Shown here: piece after piece, positions 30,131-39,367 of the stretch
Numbering within the stretch: position 1 is the first letter of the stretch
Layout: the number at the start of each line of letters is the position of its first letter
From: Actinomycetota bacterium
GTDB taxonomy: Bacteria > Actinomycetota > Geothermincolia > Fen-727 > Anoxymicrobiaceae
Assembly: GCA_018896525.1 (NCBI GenBank)
Contig: JAHIMR010000011.1
Location: 68-64,067 of the forward strand
Reading direction: 5' to 3'
DNA length: 64,000 nucleotides
Made by a program: the position numbers and the translations under genes
The notes under the pieces: model-generated
What the model saw: only the letters and a program-made list of their open reading frames with translations
What the model was told of the DNA's origin: nothing
Databases searched by the model: none

Positions 30131-31522
30131 ATGCCCCGGAAGACCTACGGTAAATATACAGTTCTCGCGGTAATCATGCTGGGACAGGTAATCGGTCCCC
30201 TGGACGGCTCCATGCTGGGGGTGGCGCTTCCCACCATCGGGGAAGACCTCGATATCGGTATCTCCGCGGTGGGGTGGGTGATGGTGGCCTACCTTCTCAT
30301 GACCTGCAGCCTGATGATCATCTTCGGCCGCGTGGGGGACGTGGTGGGGCGGAGGAAGATCTTCGTATGGGGGCTTTTCCTGTTCTCAGCGGGCTCCGTA
30401 CTGGGGGGCCTGTCCGTGAACTACACCATGCTCCTTGCCACCCGCGCCCTGCAAGGCCTTGGCGGCGCCATGTTCTCGTCTAACCTGCCGGCGCTGGTCA
30501 CATCTGCGTTTCCCGCGGAGGAAAGGGGTAAGGCGCTGGGGATGACCGCCACCGCGGTGGCCGCCGCCCTCGCGGTAGGGCCGCTCCTGGGCGGGCTTAT
30601 AACCGGCACTCTCGGCTGGAGGTTCGTGTTCTTCGTCGGCCCGCCGTTCGGTATCGCCGCCGCTGTGCTGTCCCTCAAGATCGTACCCGAGAGCAAGCTC
30701 GCCACCGGAGAGTCCCTGGACGTAGCGGGAGCCCTGTTGCTGCTGGGAGCTCTGTCTCCGCTTGTGCTGGCCTTGAGCCAGGGCAGGATCTGGGGATGGG
30801 GTTCACCGCAGGTGATCGGCCTCTTCGCCGTTGCCGTCATCCTGGCGTTCATCTTCGTGCTGCACGAGAGGAAAGCCAGGCACCCGATCATCGACCTCGA
30901 GCTGTTTAAGATACCGGCGTTCACCTTGAGTAACCTGGCTTCGTTCTCGACCTACAACGCCATGCAGGTTGTGGGGTTCGCCACTCCCTTCTTCCTGCAG
31001 TACTCCATGGGCATGGCCCCTCAGCGGGTAGGGCTGGTGATGGGCATCAGCAACATCGTGGCCCTCTTCCTGCTCTCGACCAGCGGCCGCCTGTCTGACA
31101 GGATAGGCTCCACCCCGCTGGAGACAGCCGGCATGGCGCTCTTCATCATTTCACTGGCGCTGCTTGCCTGGGCGGGCGGCGGTCTGACCCTGCTCCTCAT
31201 CATCATCGGGCTGGTAGTCATGGGGCTGGGGTACGGCGTGTTCCGCTCCCCTAACTACAGCGCGGTGATGGGCAGCGTCCCGGCGGGCCGCCTGGGGGTC
31301 GCGGGCGGGGTCAACGGGACCATGCGGACAATGGGCTTCATGACCGGGATAGCCGTAGCCGGCTCGGTCATGGGCTCCTGGGCGGCCAGGCGGCCGGATG
31401 CCGTCGCCTACACCAACACCGCGTTCGAGGCGGCGGTCCGAAACGCCTACATCGCCGGCTTCATTGTGGTCGTAGCCGGCCTGCTCCTGGTGCTGCTGAA
31501 GTACCACTTCCGCAAGAGTTGA
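30131..31522 (+). CDS. MFS efflux transporter (DHA2/EmrB-like, 14 TM)
   Basis: LDGSMLGVALP, GRVGDVVGRRK (motif A), RALQGLG, GPLLGG...WRFVF and GRLSDRIG. Confidence 0.92.
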   Translation: MPRKTYGKYTVLAVIMLGQVIGPLDGSMLGVALPTIGEDLDIGISAVGWVMVAYLLMTCSLMIIFGRVGDVVGRRKIFVWGLFLFSAGSVLGGLSVNYTMLLATRALQGLGGAMFSSNLPALVTSAFPAEERGKALGMTATAVAAALAVGPLLGGLITGTLGWRFVFFVGPPFGIAAAVLSLKIVPESKLATGESLDVAGALLLLGALSPLVLALSQGRIWGWGSPQVIGLFAVAVILAFIFVLHERKARHPIIDLELFKIPAFTLSNLASFSTYNAMQVVGFATPFFLQYSMGMAPQRVGLVMGISNIVALFLLSTSGRLSDRIGSTPLETAGMALFIISLALLAWAGGGLTLLLIIIGLVVMGLGYGVFRSPNYSAVMGSVPAGRLGVAGGVNGTMRTMGFMTGIAVAGSVMGSWAARRPDAVAYTNTAFEAAVRNAYIAGFIVVVAGLLLVLLKYHFRKS

Positions 31523-31577
31523 TGTCTCCCCTCCCCGAAGTACGTGCGAGGGCACCGGGCAAACGTAAAGGGAGCAA

Positions 31578-31886
31578 TCACCATCTATCCCTGTCGTCCG
31601 GGCAAATCACGTCGTGTGGGACCCCTTCCCACGGCTTCTCCATCCAGTCCGCGACGGTCTCCCTCCACTTAAGGTAATGCCCGGTTTCCTTGTGGGCCAT
31701 CGCCGCCTCATCGGACTCTTACGCCTCGTAAAGCAGGAACCGCGAGGAGTCGTTTCTGCACTGCAGCACGTCGAACCTCATGTTCCCCGGCTCCCCGATG
31801 GACTCCTGGTGGTTCTCAATAGTGGCCGCAATGAAATCGTCGATGTGCTCATGCTTCACGTAGACCGTGACGCACGTGACTATCAC
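31578..31886 (-). pseudogene. ABM/LsrG-like monooxygenase with a premature TAA
   Basis: VIVTCV...EPGNMRFDVLQ...RFLLYEA*ESDEAAMAHKETGHYLKWRETVADWM. TAA at 31719-31721 replaces the Tyr of YEAY. Confidence 0.8.
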
Positions 31887-32034
31887 TTTCCCCCTGTTCC
31901 TCCACTTCCCCGGGCTGACCGGTGCAGAGTTCCCTTTCCAGCCCTTCGGGCGGCTTCGCTTCCCCGCAGAAAGGGCAGACCCCGTAGCCGGTCGGGTACG
32001 TCTTACCACAGTTGGGGCATGTGATAAACTCCAT
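31849..32034 (-). CDS. Small zinc-ribbon protein
   Basis: 61 aa with CPNC...CPFC and a GGAG RBS. Confidence 0.55.
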   Translation of the reverse strand: MEFITCPNCGKTYPTGYGVCPFCGEAKPPEGLERELCTGQPGEVEEQGESDSHVRHGLREA

Positions 32035-32060
32035 CGCTTTACTCCAAACCCGTTAAGCGC

Positions 32061-32462
32061 CTACGCACCGAGGACAGCCGCGGCGGCGTCCTCGTCCGCG
32101 GGCTCCGTCGCTATCAGCAGGTAGTACTCCCCGCCAACCACGGTGGCAGTGCTTAGCACTATGTTGATACCGGCGTCGGCCAGCCGCTTCGTCACATCTG
32201 CCCCCAGCCCGATCCTGTCCGCTCCGTCCAGCAGGAACCCGGTGTACTCCTTGAGCGCCAGGCCCTTCGACATCGCGTAATCCTTGAGCGCCCCGGGCCT
32301 GTCAGGAACGAGATACGCCGCCCCTTTTCCTCCGCCGACGGAGAAGCCGGCCATCTGGAGTATGTTGGTGTTCGATACCGACGCTCCCGCCAGTACCTCC
32401 TGGAGCGATCCCGGCTTGTCGTCAATCTCGATCATGCTGACCGCCATCCGCTTGACCGCCAT
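32061..32462 (-). CDS. Tandem ACT-domain-like protein
   Basis: Paired ACT-like motifs DDKPGSL...NI and DRIGLG...LADAGINI. Confidence 0.7.
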   Translation of the reverse strand: MAVKRMAVSMIEIDDKPGSLQEVLAGASVSNTNILQMAGFSVGGGKGAAYLVPDRPGALKDYAMSKGLALKEYTGFLLDGADRIGLGADVTKRLADAGINIVLSTATVVGGEYYLLIATEPADEDAAAAVLGA

Positions 32463-32612
32463 CTTTGCACCCCCTTTTCGATTGCCCTTTCCGGTTCATT
32501 ATAGATCATACGCAGAGGAACCCGTGCCCCCACGTGATATAATCCTGCTGGTAGGCGGACCCTGCAATTCCCGCCCGGCGGATACTGTTTCCCGACAACG
32601 GATCCAGGTGGT

Positions 32613-33698
32613 GTGTTTGAGATGAGGTACTGTCGAGGTTGTGCTTTTCCTGTGGCGTACGGTCGTTTCCTGGAGTGGACCTCTGACGGCACAATCCTGG
32701 GAAAGGATTCATCCGGGACACGCCTGGTGTACCTGGACGTGGACGAGATACAGAACATCTTCACGGGCGTTTCCCGGTGGATGGGCATCCCCATCGACCG
32801 GATCATCTACAGAGCTGAGAAAGCGGTCGGTCGGCGCTTCATCGAAACCATGGTGCCGGGTTTCATCGCCAGGGCTCCTCGCGGCAAGTACGCGCGGCCG
32901 GAGTTCGGAATCAAGGCGACGGCACGATTCGTCTTCAACTACATGGCCGGGCTGGGGATGGGGCTGGGGGAGATCCTCGAGTACCACAGTACCGAATCGG
33001 CGAGGATAAGGATAACCGAAGCTCACTCGGTACCACTGGTGGCGGGCGACGGAGCCGGCGTCTTTGAGCACCTGGAGCGAGTCGGTGTCGATGCGACCTG
33101 GGAGCGGGTAAAGTCCGACGAGTACATCGTTACCCTCGAGAGAGTCAGTGACGAGCCTCCGGCGGAGGACCGCCTGGTCCTCGACGAAACCACGACCTAC
33201 CTGCCGGGTAACATCGAGTACCAGCGGTGCAAGCGTTGCAATGTCCCCCTGGTTGTGAGCAACACCGTCTATCTAAATCTCGAGCGGGGAATCCTCCGGA
33301 ACTCGACTACCGGGTTGCGAGTCGTGGCCCTTCCCGCCCAGAGCTTCTATGCTGTTTTCCGTGAGCTCTTTCGGGAGTTCGGCAAGGAGCTGCCCTCCGT
33401 GGTGGAGAGCCTGGAGCAGCGGTACACCAGGGAAAACACGCTGGTCAGCTACTACGTCGACGGTGTCGAAGGCGGCATCGAGCGCCTGTTTTCCGATTTT
33501 GCCTGGAAGGGAATCGGAAACCCCATCCAGGTAGGGAACACCGAGCGCGGCCTGGAGGTGGTTGTGGAAAACCCATTCCACAACGAGATGGTCGCCGGAA
33601 GGATAGTAGGCCTTTACGAGGCGCTGATCGAGGAAAATGTCGGGGCGACCTGGACCGAGCAGACCCCGGGCAGTCTCACGGTTACAATGCGGCAGTGA
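32613..33698 (+). CDS. Hypothetical protein with two CxxC + V4R-like repeats
   Basis: Halves begin CRGCAFP...W.SDGTI and CKRCNVP...L.RGIL. Each has a G.G turn (GMG/GIG) and a VAG helix. Confidence 0.75.
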   Translation: MFEMRYCRGCAFPVAYGRFLEWTSDGTILGKDSSGTRLVYLDVDEIQNIFTGVSRWMGIPIDRIIYRAEKAVGRRFIETMVPGFIARAPRGKYARPEFGIKATARFVFNYMAGLGMGLGEILEYHSTESARIRITEAHSVPLVAGDGAGVFEHLERVGVDATWERVKSDEYIVTLERVSDEPPAEDRLVLDETTTYLPGNIEYQRCKRCNVPLVVSNTVYLNLERGILRNSTTGLRVVALPAQSFYAVFRELFREFGKELPSVVESLEQRYTRENTLVSYYVDGVEGGIERLFSDFAWKGIGNPIQVGNTERGLEVVVENPFHNEMVAGRIVGLYEALIEENVGATWTEQTPGSLTVTMRQ

Positions 33699-33708
33699 GC
33701 TTGCCCCG

Positions 33709-33945
33709 TGACGCACTGGTGCCAGGCACCAGTGCGTCATTTTGTGGCTTTTGTTTATTTGTGAGGGAAGAGTCAGGCTCGCCCCTGGGCTGTTGCATAA
33801 CGGGGCTTGAGTTTGGGTGGGTGTTCCAACGGCACCAGCCCGGGGATGGCGTACCTTGCCTGACCTACGCTTGTGTGACAGGTAGGGGTTCAGGCCTTCT
33901 GGTCATAACGTATAATCTAGGCCGCCGCTTGAAGGCGCTGACCCC
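33709..33945 (+). repeat. Structured ~230-nt dispersed element, copy A
   Basis: Perfect 15-bp-arm palindrome at 33709-33739 followed by a T-rich tract. Colinear similarity to the reverse complement of 47500-47710. Confidence 0.8.
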
Positions 33946-33962
33946 ACTTGTTGGCCTTTTTC

Positions 33963-34775
33963 CTACTGGGCCGGCAGCGGCAGGGGGCTGACGTTCTCGG
34001 GCGCCTTGATGGTCAGCTTCTTGTTGTAGTCACTCAGCACGACCGTCGCTTCCCCTGTTACCATGTCGCCGGGCTTCGCGTACCCCAGCTTGATCAAATC
34101 GTCGGTGGCGCGGTACTCTACTACCTCCATTGAACTCTTGAAGTAATCGTTCTTCTTCTGGACATAGAAGTTGAACTCCGCTTTGAGTTCCTCCAGTTCG
34201 TCGACGGTCCTGACCTGATTGCCCTCCGGGTCCTTCAGAAGGTCGGTCACCCCGGGAAGCTTGACCAGCGCTTTCATGTCCGGGATACCGCGGACGTGAT
34301 AACAGTCCTCGCCATCGATCTTGGTATCGCTCAGCTTTTCGAGCTCCTTGAAGTACTGCAAATACTGCGACGTCGACAGGGCCTGAGTAACCGGTGGGGG
34401 CAACTGTACGGATTGTGGCGCTTCGTACCAGTTGCCGGCAATCTCCCAGTACTGCTTCTCCCCGACCTGGAGCATGGTTACCGGGACACCGGGGGCAAGT
34501 TCGGTCTCGATACGCATGTCCCCCGTCCGGTAGTCGATGTCCCCCTCCGATTTCTGTACGTAGTTCTGCTTTGCCACCTTCCCCTCCTCGATGGGCGCGG
34601 CCGGCAGCTTGATCGTCGACTCGACCTTGAAGTGCAACGTATTTATCTCCTTCGACGCGCGCATCGACTCCTTGAGAATCTCTTCGGCACCAGGGCCGCA
34701 ACCGGAAAACAGCACCGGCATCAGCACCAGCGGAACCAACAGTAGCAGGGCAAAACATTTCTTCAATTCGTTCAC
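33963..34775 (-). CDS. Lipoprotein (LppX/LprAFG-like)
   Basis: Signal peptide with lipobox FSGC. Contains KIDGEDCYHV and C-terminal SDYNKKLTIKAP. Confidence 0.75.
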   Translation of the reverse strand: MNELKKCFALLLLVPLVLMPVLFSGCGPGAEEILKESMRASKEINTLHFKVESTIKLPAAPIEEGKVAKQNYVQKSEGDIDYRTGDMRIETELAPGVPVTMLQVGEKQYWEIAGNWYEAPQSVQLPPPVTQALSTSQYLQYFKELEKLSDTKIDGEDCYHVRGIPDMKALVKLPGVTDLLKDPEGNQVRTVDELEELKAEFNFYVQKKNDYFKSSMEVVEYRATDDLIKLGYAKPGDMVTGEATVVLSDYNKKLTIKAPENVSPLPLPAQ

Positions 34776-34964
34776 CTCTCATCGGTCGGGATTACACTCC
34801 TCCGGATGCGCCTGGCGCCATCCATAGTAATTATAACGGGGACACGCCACCTTAGATACCCGTTTCAACAGGTCTAACACACGCCTTTGTCGTAAAATAC
34901 TTCAGGCGGCTATTCATAAGGCCTCCAATCAAGGTAGACGGGATACGTAACAGGCTGGTTCAAT

Positions 34965-36827
34965 ATGGACGGGTATGTCGGCAAGCTACTGAATATAAAC
35001 CTGAACGACGGGAGCGGTAAGGAGTTCACTGTCCCCGAAGAGATCCTGCAGAAGTACATCGGGGGGAAAGGGCTTGGCGCGTGGCTCCTCTTCAAGGGGC
35101 TCGAGCCGTACGTTGACCCGCTTGACCCCGAAAACGTGCTCCTCCTGATGACCGGACCGCTGACCGGTCTTTCAATACCGGCGATGAATCACCTGTCCAT
35201 CTGCACAAAGTCTCCTTTGACCGGCACACTGGTGAACGCTTCGATTGGAGGCGATTTCGCGGTAAAACTGAAGTCCTGCGGGTACGACGGAATCATACTG
35301 CGGGGGTGCTCCCCCCGCCCCGTTCTCATCGACATCACCGAGAGCCGTTGGAAGATACGGGACGCGAGCAAGCTCTGGGGTACCAACGTGGTTCAGGCGC
35401 AGGAGTTACTCGAGAGTAGCGTGGCAAGCATCCTCTGCATAGGGCCCGCCGGTGAAAACCTGGTCCGCTACGCCACCATCGTATCCGGGGAACACACCGC
35501 CCAGAGGGGCGGCACCGGAGCCGTTATGGGGTCCAAGCAGGTCAAGGCAATAAGGGTCGGTGGGTCTTTCGATACTTCCGTATTCGATCGCGAGCGGCTG
35601 AAGGGTCCCGTACGTTCCATCAAGGACAAGCTCAAAGTTACCGGTTCATACCCGAAGTACGGCACCGCCGGGAACATCGCCGGGTCCAACGAGAAAGGGG
35701 TGTTGCCCACCAGGAACTTCTCCGCCGGGTCCTTCGACCACTACATGAAGATATCCGGAGACGCGCTGCGCTCGCAGATCAGGCGAAAAGCGTTCAACTG
35801 CCCCGGCTGCCCGGTCGATTGCACAAGCGAGACGAAGATCGCGACAAAGAGCGGATCGCTCCGGGTAAAGGGGCCATCTTACCAACCTCTTGTCATGCTG
35901 GGCAGCAATCTTCTAATCGGTGACCTCGACGTGATAGTCCGGAACAACTATGCGTGCTACCTCCTTGGGTTGGACCCGATCAGCACCGGCGGAACGATAG
36001 CGCTGGCGATGGAACTCTCAGAGAAAGGCAGGATGGACCTCCCGCTCAGGTTCGGAAGCGCCCGGGAGATCGGTCCCGTTCTGCCCTTAATCGCCAACCG
36101 CAAGGGACCCGGCAACGAGCTCGCCGACGGGGCCGCCCGCCTGGTGTTGAAGTACGGGTACAGCGACCAATGCATGACGGTGAAGGGCATGGAACTGCCC
36201 GGGTACGACCCCAGGGGCTGCTGGGGGCAGGGACTGGCGTTTGCCACCTATCCCGCCGGTGGAAGCCACATCGGCTCCATGATGGCCGCCCCGGAGATAC
36301 AGGGCAGGCCTGTCCGGATCCCCGGGGGGAAGTCGGCGGGGAGAGTTCGCCTGACTGTTTTCGCCCAGAACATGTTCAACTCAATCGACTGCCTGGTCGG
36401 CTGTTTTCGCGCCTCCTACTGCCTGGCAGCCCCCTCGGAATGGATGCGCGGCCTCCCCTCCTGGCTGACCGGATTCTTCGCAGGCAGGACCCCGTCGATA
36501 GCCGCCTCCTTCATCGACCTGACGGATTACTACAATGCGGTTTCGTTCGTGACCGGCATCCGGTACAAAAGAAGCGCGTTCCTCCGCGTGGGTGAACGTA
36601 CATTCAATCTCGAGCGGTTGTTCAACCTGCGGGAAGGCCTCACCAGTAAGGATGACAGCCTGCCCCTACGCTTCATCGGCGAGCCTTTCCAGGAAGGTGA
36701 AATCAGTGGCAAGGTCGTACCGCTCACCAAGATGCTCCTCAAGTATTACCGCTTGAGGGGATGGAACGAGGTCGGCATTCCCACCGAGCAACTCCTGAGA
36801 AAGCTGGCGATCGAAGAGCGGCCTTAG
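34965..36827 (+). CDS. Aldehyde:ferredoxin oxidoreductase family protein (divergent)
   Basis: KSPLTG, IGPAGEN, RGGTGAVMGSK, CPGCPVDC, GYDPRG, ERLFNLREG...DDSLPLRF and YY.LRGW..G.P. Confidence 0.9.
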   Translation: MDGYVGKLLNINLNDGSGKEFTVPEEILQKYIGGKGLGAWLLFKGLEPYVDPLDPENVLLLMTGPLTGLSIPAMNHLSICTKSPLTGTLVNASIGGDFAVKLKSCGYDGIILRGCSPRPVLIDITESRWKIRDASKLWGTNVVQAQELLESSVASILCIGPAGENLVRYATIVSGEHTAQRGGTGAVMGSKQVKAIRVGGSFDTSVFDRERLKGPVRSIKDKLKVTGSYPKYGTAGNIAGSNEKGVLPTRNFSAGSFDHYMKISGDALRSQIRRKAFNCPGCPVDCTSETKIATKSGSLRVKGPSYQPLVMLGSNLLIGDLDVIVRNNYACYLLGLDPISTGGTIALAMELSEKGRMDLPLRFGSAREIGPVLPLIANRKGPGNELADGAARLVLKYGYSDQCMTVKGMELPGYDPRGCWGQGLAFATYPAGGSHIGSMMAAPEIQGRPVRIPGGKSAGRVRLTVFAQNMFNSIDCLVGCFRASYCLAAPSEWMRGLPSWLTGFFAGRTPSIAASFIDLTDYYNAVSFVTGIRYKRSAFLRVGERTFNLERLFNLREGLTSKDDSLPLRFIGEPFQEGEISGKVVPLTKMLLKYYRLRGWNEVGIPTEQLLRKLAIEERP

Positions 36828-36848
36828 CCGTACCTCCTCTCCAGGTAC

Positions 36849-36914
36849 GCACGTTTGGGGCCAGGCCCCATTGTTGCGTTTTGCACGTTTGGGGCCAGGC
36901 CCCTTGTTGCATTA
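36849..36914 (+). repeat. Two tandem 34-bp palindromic repeats upstream of the RAYT
   Basis: GCACGTTTGGGGCCAGGCCCC(A)TTGTTGC twice. Hairpins at 36857-36869 and 36891-36903. Confidence 0.9.
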
Positions 36915-36935
36915 TGCTTGTATTGCTTGTAGAAT
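36907..36935 (+). promoter_or_regulatory. Putative leaderless promoter of the RAYT
   Basis: TTGCAT-17 nt-TAGAAT with the ATG 6 nt downstream. No RBS. Confidence 0.55.
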
Positions 36936-36941
36936 GGGTGC

Positions 36942-37664
36942 ATGAGTCGAAAGCCAAGAGTTCAGTTCCCGGGCGCTCTATACCATGTAATGTCCCGGGG
37001 AACCTTGAAACAGAAGATCTTCCTTGAAAACGATGACCGTCTCAGCTTTTTTGGAACGTTATTCGGAGTTATCTCCCGTTACGAATGGTCCTGTTACACA
37101 TACTGCCTAATGGACAACCATTACCACCTGCTGGTCGAGACACATCAAGCGAATCTCTCTGAGGGGATGCACAAACTCAACAGCGATTACTGCAACCGAT
37201 TCAACTCGAAGTACGGTGGTGTAGGCCATGTACTGCAGGGGCGTTTCTATTCATCGCTCATCGAGAACGAAGCGCACCTGATGGAAACTATCAGGTACAC
37301 CGCCCTGAACCCGGTAAGTGGCGGACTGGTGCGTAAACCGGGGCAGTGGAGATGGAGCAGTTACCGGGCGATAAGCGGCCTCGGCCCCGTTCCTGACTTC
37401 CTCGATGTCGAGTACACCCTCGGCCTCTTTTCTGATAACAATGAGACGGCACGAAAGGCTTACCTCCATTTCGTTGCGGATGGCCTGCTCAGAGACCAGG
37501 CAAAGCGAACTACGCTTCAGGAGATTTTTCGGGGTGCGACAGACAGGCATCAGAGAAATAATGCCATACACGTCGCCTACTTTGAACACGACTACACAAT
37601 GACCGAGTTAGCCACCTATCTAAAGCTGAACCGTACGACCGTGGGAAGGGTACTCGGGAGTTAG
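36942..37664 (+). CDS. REP-associated tyrosine transposase (Y1/HUH) with C-terminal HTH
   Basis: YHVMSRG, YCLMDNHYHLL (HUH), GHVLQGRFYS, RY..LNPV, WRWSSY and C-terminal TMTELATYLKLNRTTVGR. Confidence 0.92.
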   Translation: MSRKPRVQFPGALYHVMSRGTLKQKIFLENDDRLSFFGTLFGVISRYEWSCYTYCLMDNHYHLLVETHQANLSEGMHKLNSDYCNRFNSKYGGVGHVLQGRFYSSLIENEAHLMETIRYTALNPVSGGLVRKPGQWRWSSYRAISGLGPVPDFLDVEYTLGLFSDNNETARKAYLHFVADGLLRDQAKRTTLQEIFRGATDRHQRNNAIHVAYFEHDYTMTELATYLKLNRTTVGRVLGS

Positions 37665-37739
37665 CGTTTTGCACGGTAGGGGCCAGGCCCCTTGGGTGCG
37701 TTTTGCACGGTAGGGGCCAGGCCCCTTGGGTGCGTTTTA
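37664..37739 (+). repeat. Two tandem 34-bp palindromic repeats downstream of the RAYT
   Basis: GCGTTTTGCACGGTAGGGGCCAGGCCCCTTGGGT at 37664 and 37698, plus a partial copy overlapping the uppS stop. Confidence 0.9.
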
Positions 37740-38453
37740 GGCGAGGTTGCCGTATGTTCTTATTCTGTGGTTGTACTCTTCGATTGCCTCCCGCAGATGC
37801 TCCCCTCGGAAGTCGGGCCAGACCACAGGCGTCACATACAGTTCAGAATAGGCTATCTCCCACAGGAGGAAGTTGCTCACTCGCATCTCTCCGGCCGTCC
37901 GTATCAGCAAGTCATAGTCGGGCAGATCCGGGGCATACAGGTGATTGCTTATCGTCTTCTCGCTTATCGAGCCGGGCTTCATCTTCCCCTCGGCCACCTT
38001 CAGTGCAATGCTCCGCATGGCATCCACCAGTTCCGCCCTCCCACCGTAGTTGAAGGCCACGTTCAGCTTCAGGCCGGTGTTGTTGCGCGTCAGTTCCACC
38101 GATTCGTCCATCTTTCTCATGAGCGAGCGCGGGACGCGCTTGCGGCGCCCCAGGAAACGTATCCTGACATTATTCTCATGGAACTCCGCCACCCGCCTGT
38201 CCAGCATGTCCCGGTTGAAGCTCATCAGGAACTTCACCTCGTCCACCGGACGCTTCCAGTTCTCAGTCGAGAACGCGAACAGGGTCAGTGCCTCCAGCCC
38301 CATCTCCACGGAAGCCAGCACGGTCGATGTCACCGCCTTCTCGCCCTCCCGATGGCCCTCTATACGCGGCAACCCTCTCGACGTTGCCCATCGCCCGTTT
38401 CCATCCATAATAATGGCAACCCTATCCGGCACATTCAAGGACCCCTTCGACAT
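37737..38453 (-). CDS. uppS: Isoprenyl transferase (undecaprenyl diphosphate synthase)
   Basis: AIIMDGNGRWA, FSTENWKRP, NYGGRAE and IRTAGEMRVSNFLLWE. Confidence 0.95.
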   Translation of the reverse strand: MSKGSLNVPDRVAIIMDGNGRWATSRGLPRIEGHREGEKAVTSTVLASVEMGLEALTLFAFSTENWKRPVDEVKFLMSFNRDMLDRRVAEFHENNVRIRFLGRRKRVPRSLMRKMDESVELTRNNTGLKLNVAFNYGGRAELVDAMRSIALKVAEGKMKPGSISEKTISNHLYAPDLPDYDLLIRTAGEMRVSNFLLWEIAYSELYVTPVVWPDFRGEHLREAIEEYNHRIRTYGNLA

Positions 38454-38457
38454 CTCA

Positions 38458-39273
38458 TCATCCTCCCTTAGCTCTCCCGCCCCCACCGCCGGGCATCTCC
38501 CTCATCACCCGGCGTGACTTGAATTCCCTCTCCATCCAGTGCTCCAGGACCCTGTCCATCAGCATCCCCAGCTCACGTTGTGTCGCAAGCGCCGGCGGCT
38601 CCTCCGGCCACTCTCCGAAACCATGGAGCGACATCCAGGAAAGAAGACCCGCCGATGGGGCTCTGACGGTTATCAGCCTTCCGACCTCCCGGTACCGCCC
38701 CCCCTTACAAGAATCGCACACCAGGCCCCCCAGGTGAAGTGAAAATGACGCGTCCCCGCCTCCCGGAGCACCGCCACAATTAGCGCACGAATCGACCCGG
38801 AGGTCGTAGCCGGCGGCCGCCATTACCTTGAACCCGAAGAAAGAGGTGATAAAAAGCGCGCGCACCGGAAACTCCTTGAGAAGCTCGAGCCCCCGTAGCA
38901 GCAGGTCGAACAGTTCCGGGTGCGGTTCGTGTTCCTGGGTAACGCCGTCAACCATCTCCACCATGGCAGACGCGTGGAAGAAAAGGTCCAGGTCCTCCCT
39001 TACCTCGCGAAACGATGTTTCTATCTCCACCTGCTTGACAGTGTCCATGCTTCTCCCGACATGGAGCATCATTCTCGCCATCGTTAACGGCTCCAGCCGG
39101 GCTCCAAACCTGCTGGTCGTCTTCCGTACCCCCTTGGCCACCGCCGACCGCTTACCGTGCTCCCGGGTGAGCACCCTCAGTATCTTGTCGGATTCGCCCA
39201 GCTTGTAGGAACGCAATATGATTCCCAGGTCGCTGTACTCCCGTTCGCCGCGCCTCTTCCCACCACCGTGGAC
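38458..39273 (-). CDS. recO: DNA repair protein RecO
   Basis: LGESDKI..VLTREHGK..AVAKGVRK..SRFGARLEP and CANC...CDSC. Start uncertain. Confidence 0.92.
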   Translation of the reverse strand, partial: VHGGGKRRGEREYSDLGIILRSYKLGESDKILRVLTREHGKRSAVAKGVRKTTSRFGARLEPLTMARMMLHVGRSMDTVKQVEIETSFREVREDLDLFFHASAMVEMVDGVTQEHEPHPELFDLLLRGLELLKEFPVRALFITSFFGFKVMAAAGYDLRVDSCANCGGAPGGGDASFSLHLGGLVCDSCKGGRYREVGRLITVRAPSAGLLSWMSLHGFGEWPEEPPALATQRELGMLMDRVLEHWMEREFKSRRVMREMPGGGGGRAKGG

Positions 39274-39367
39274 ACCTTCACGACGAGGCACGGGTGAACT
39301 CCTCCACAATCTCGGGGCCTTCGCCGGTCAGCCGCGTTTGGTGTGTATCCTCGGTCATTCCCGCCTC

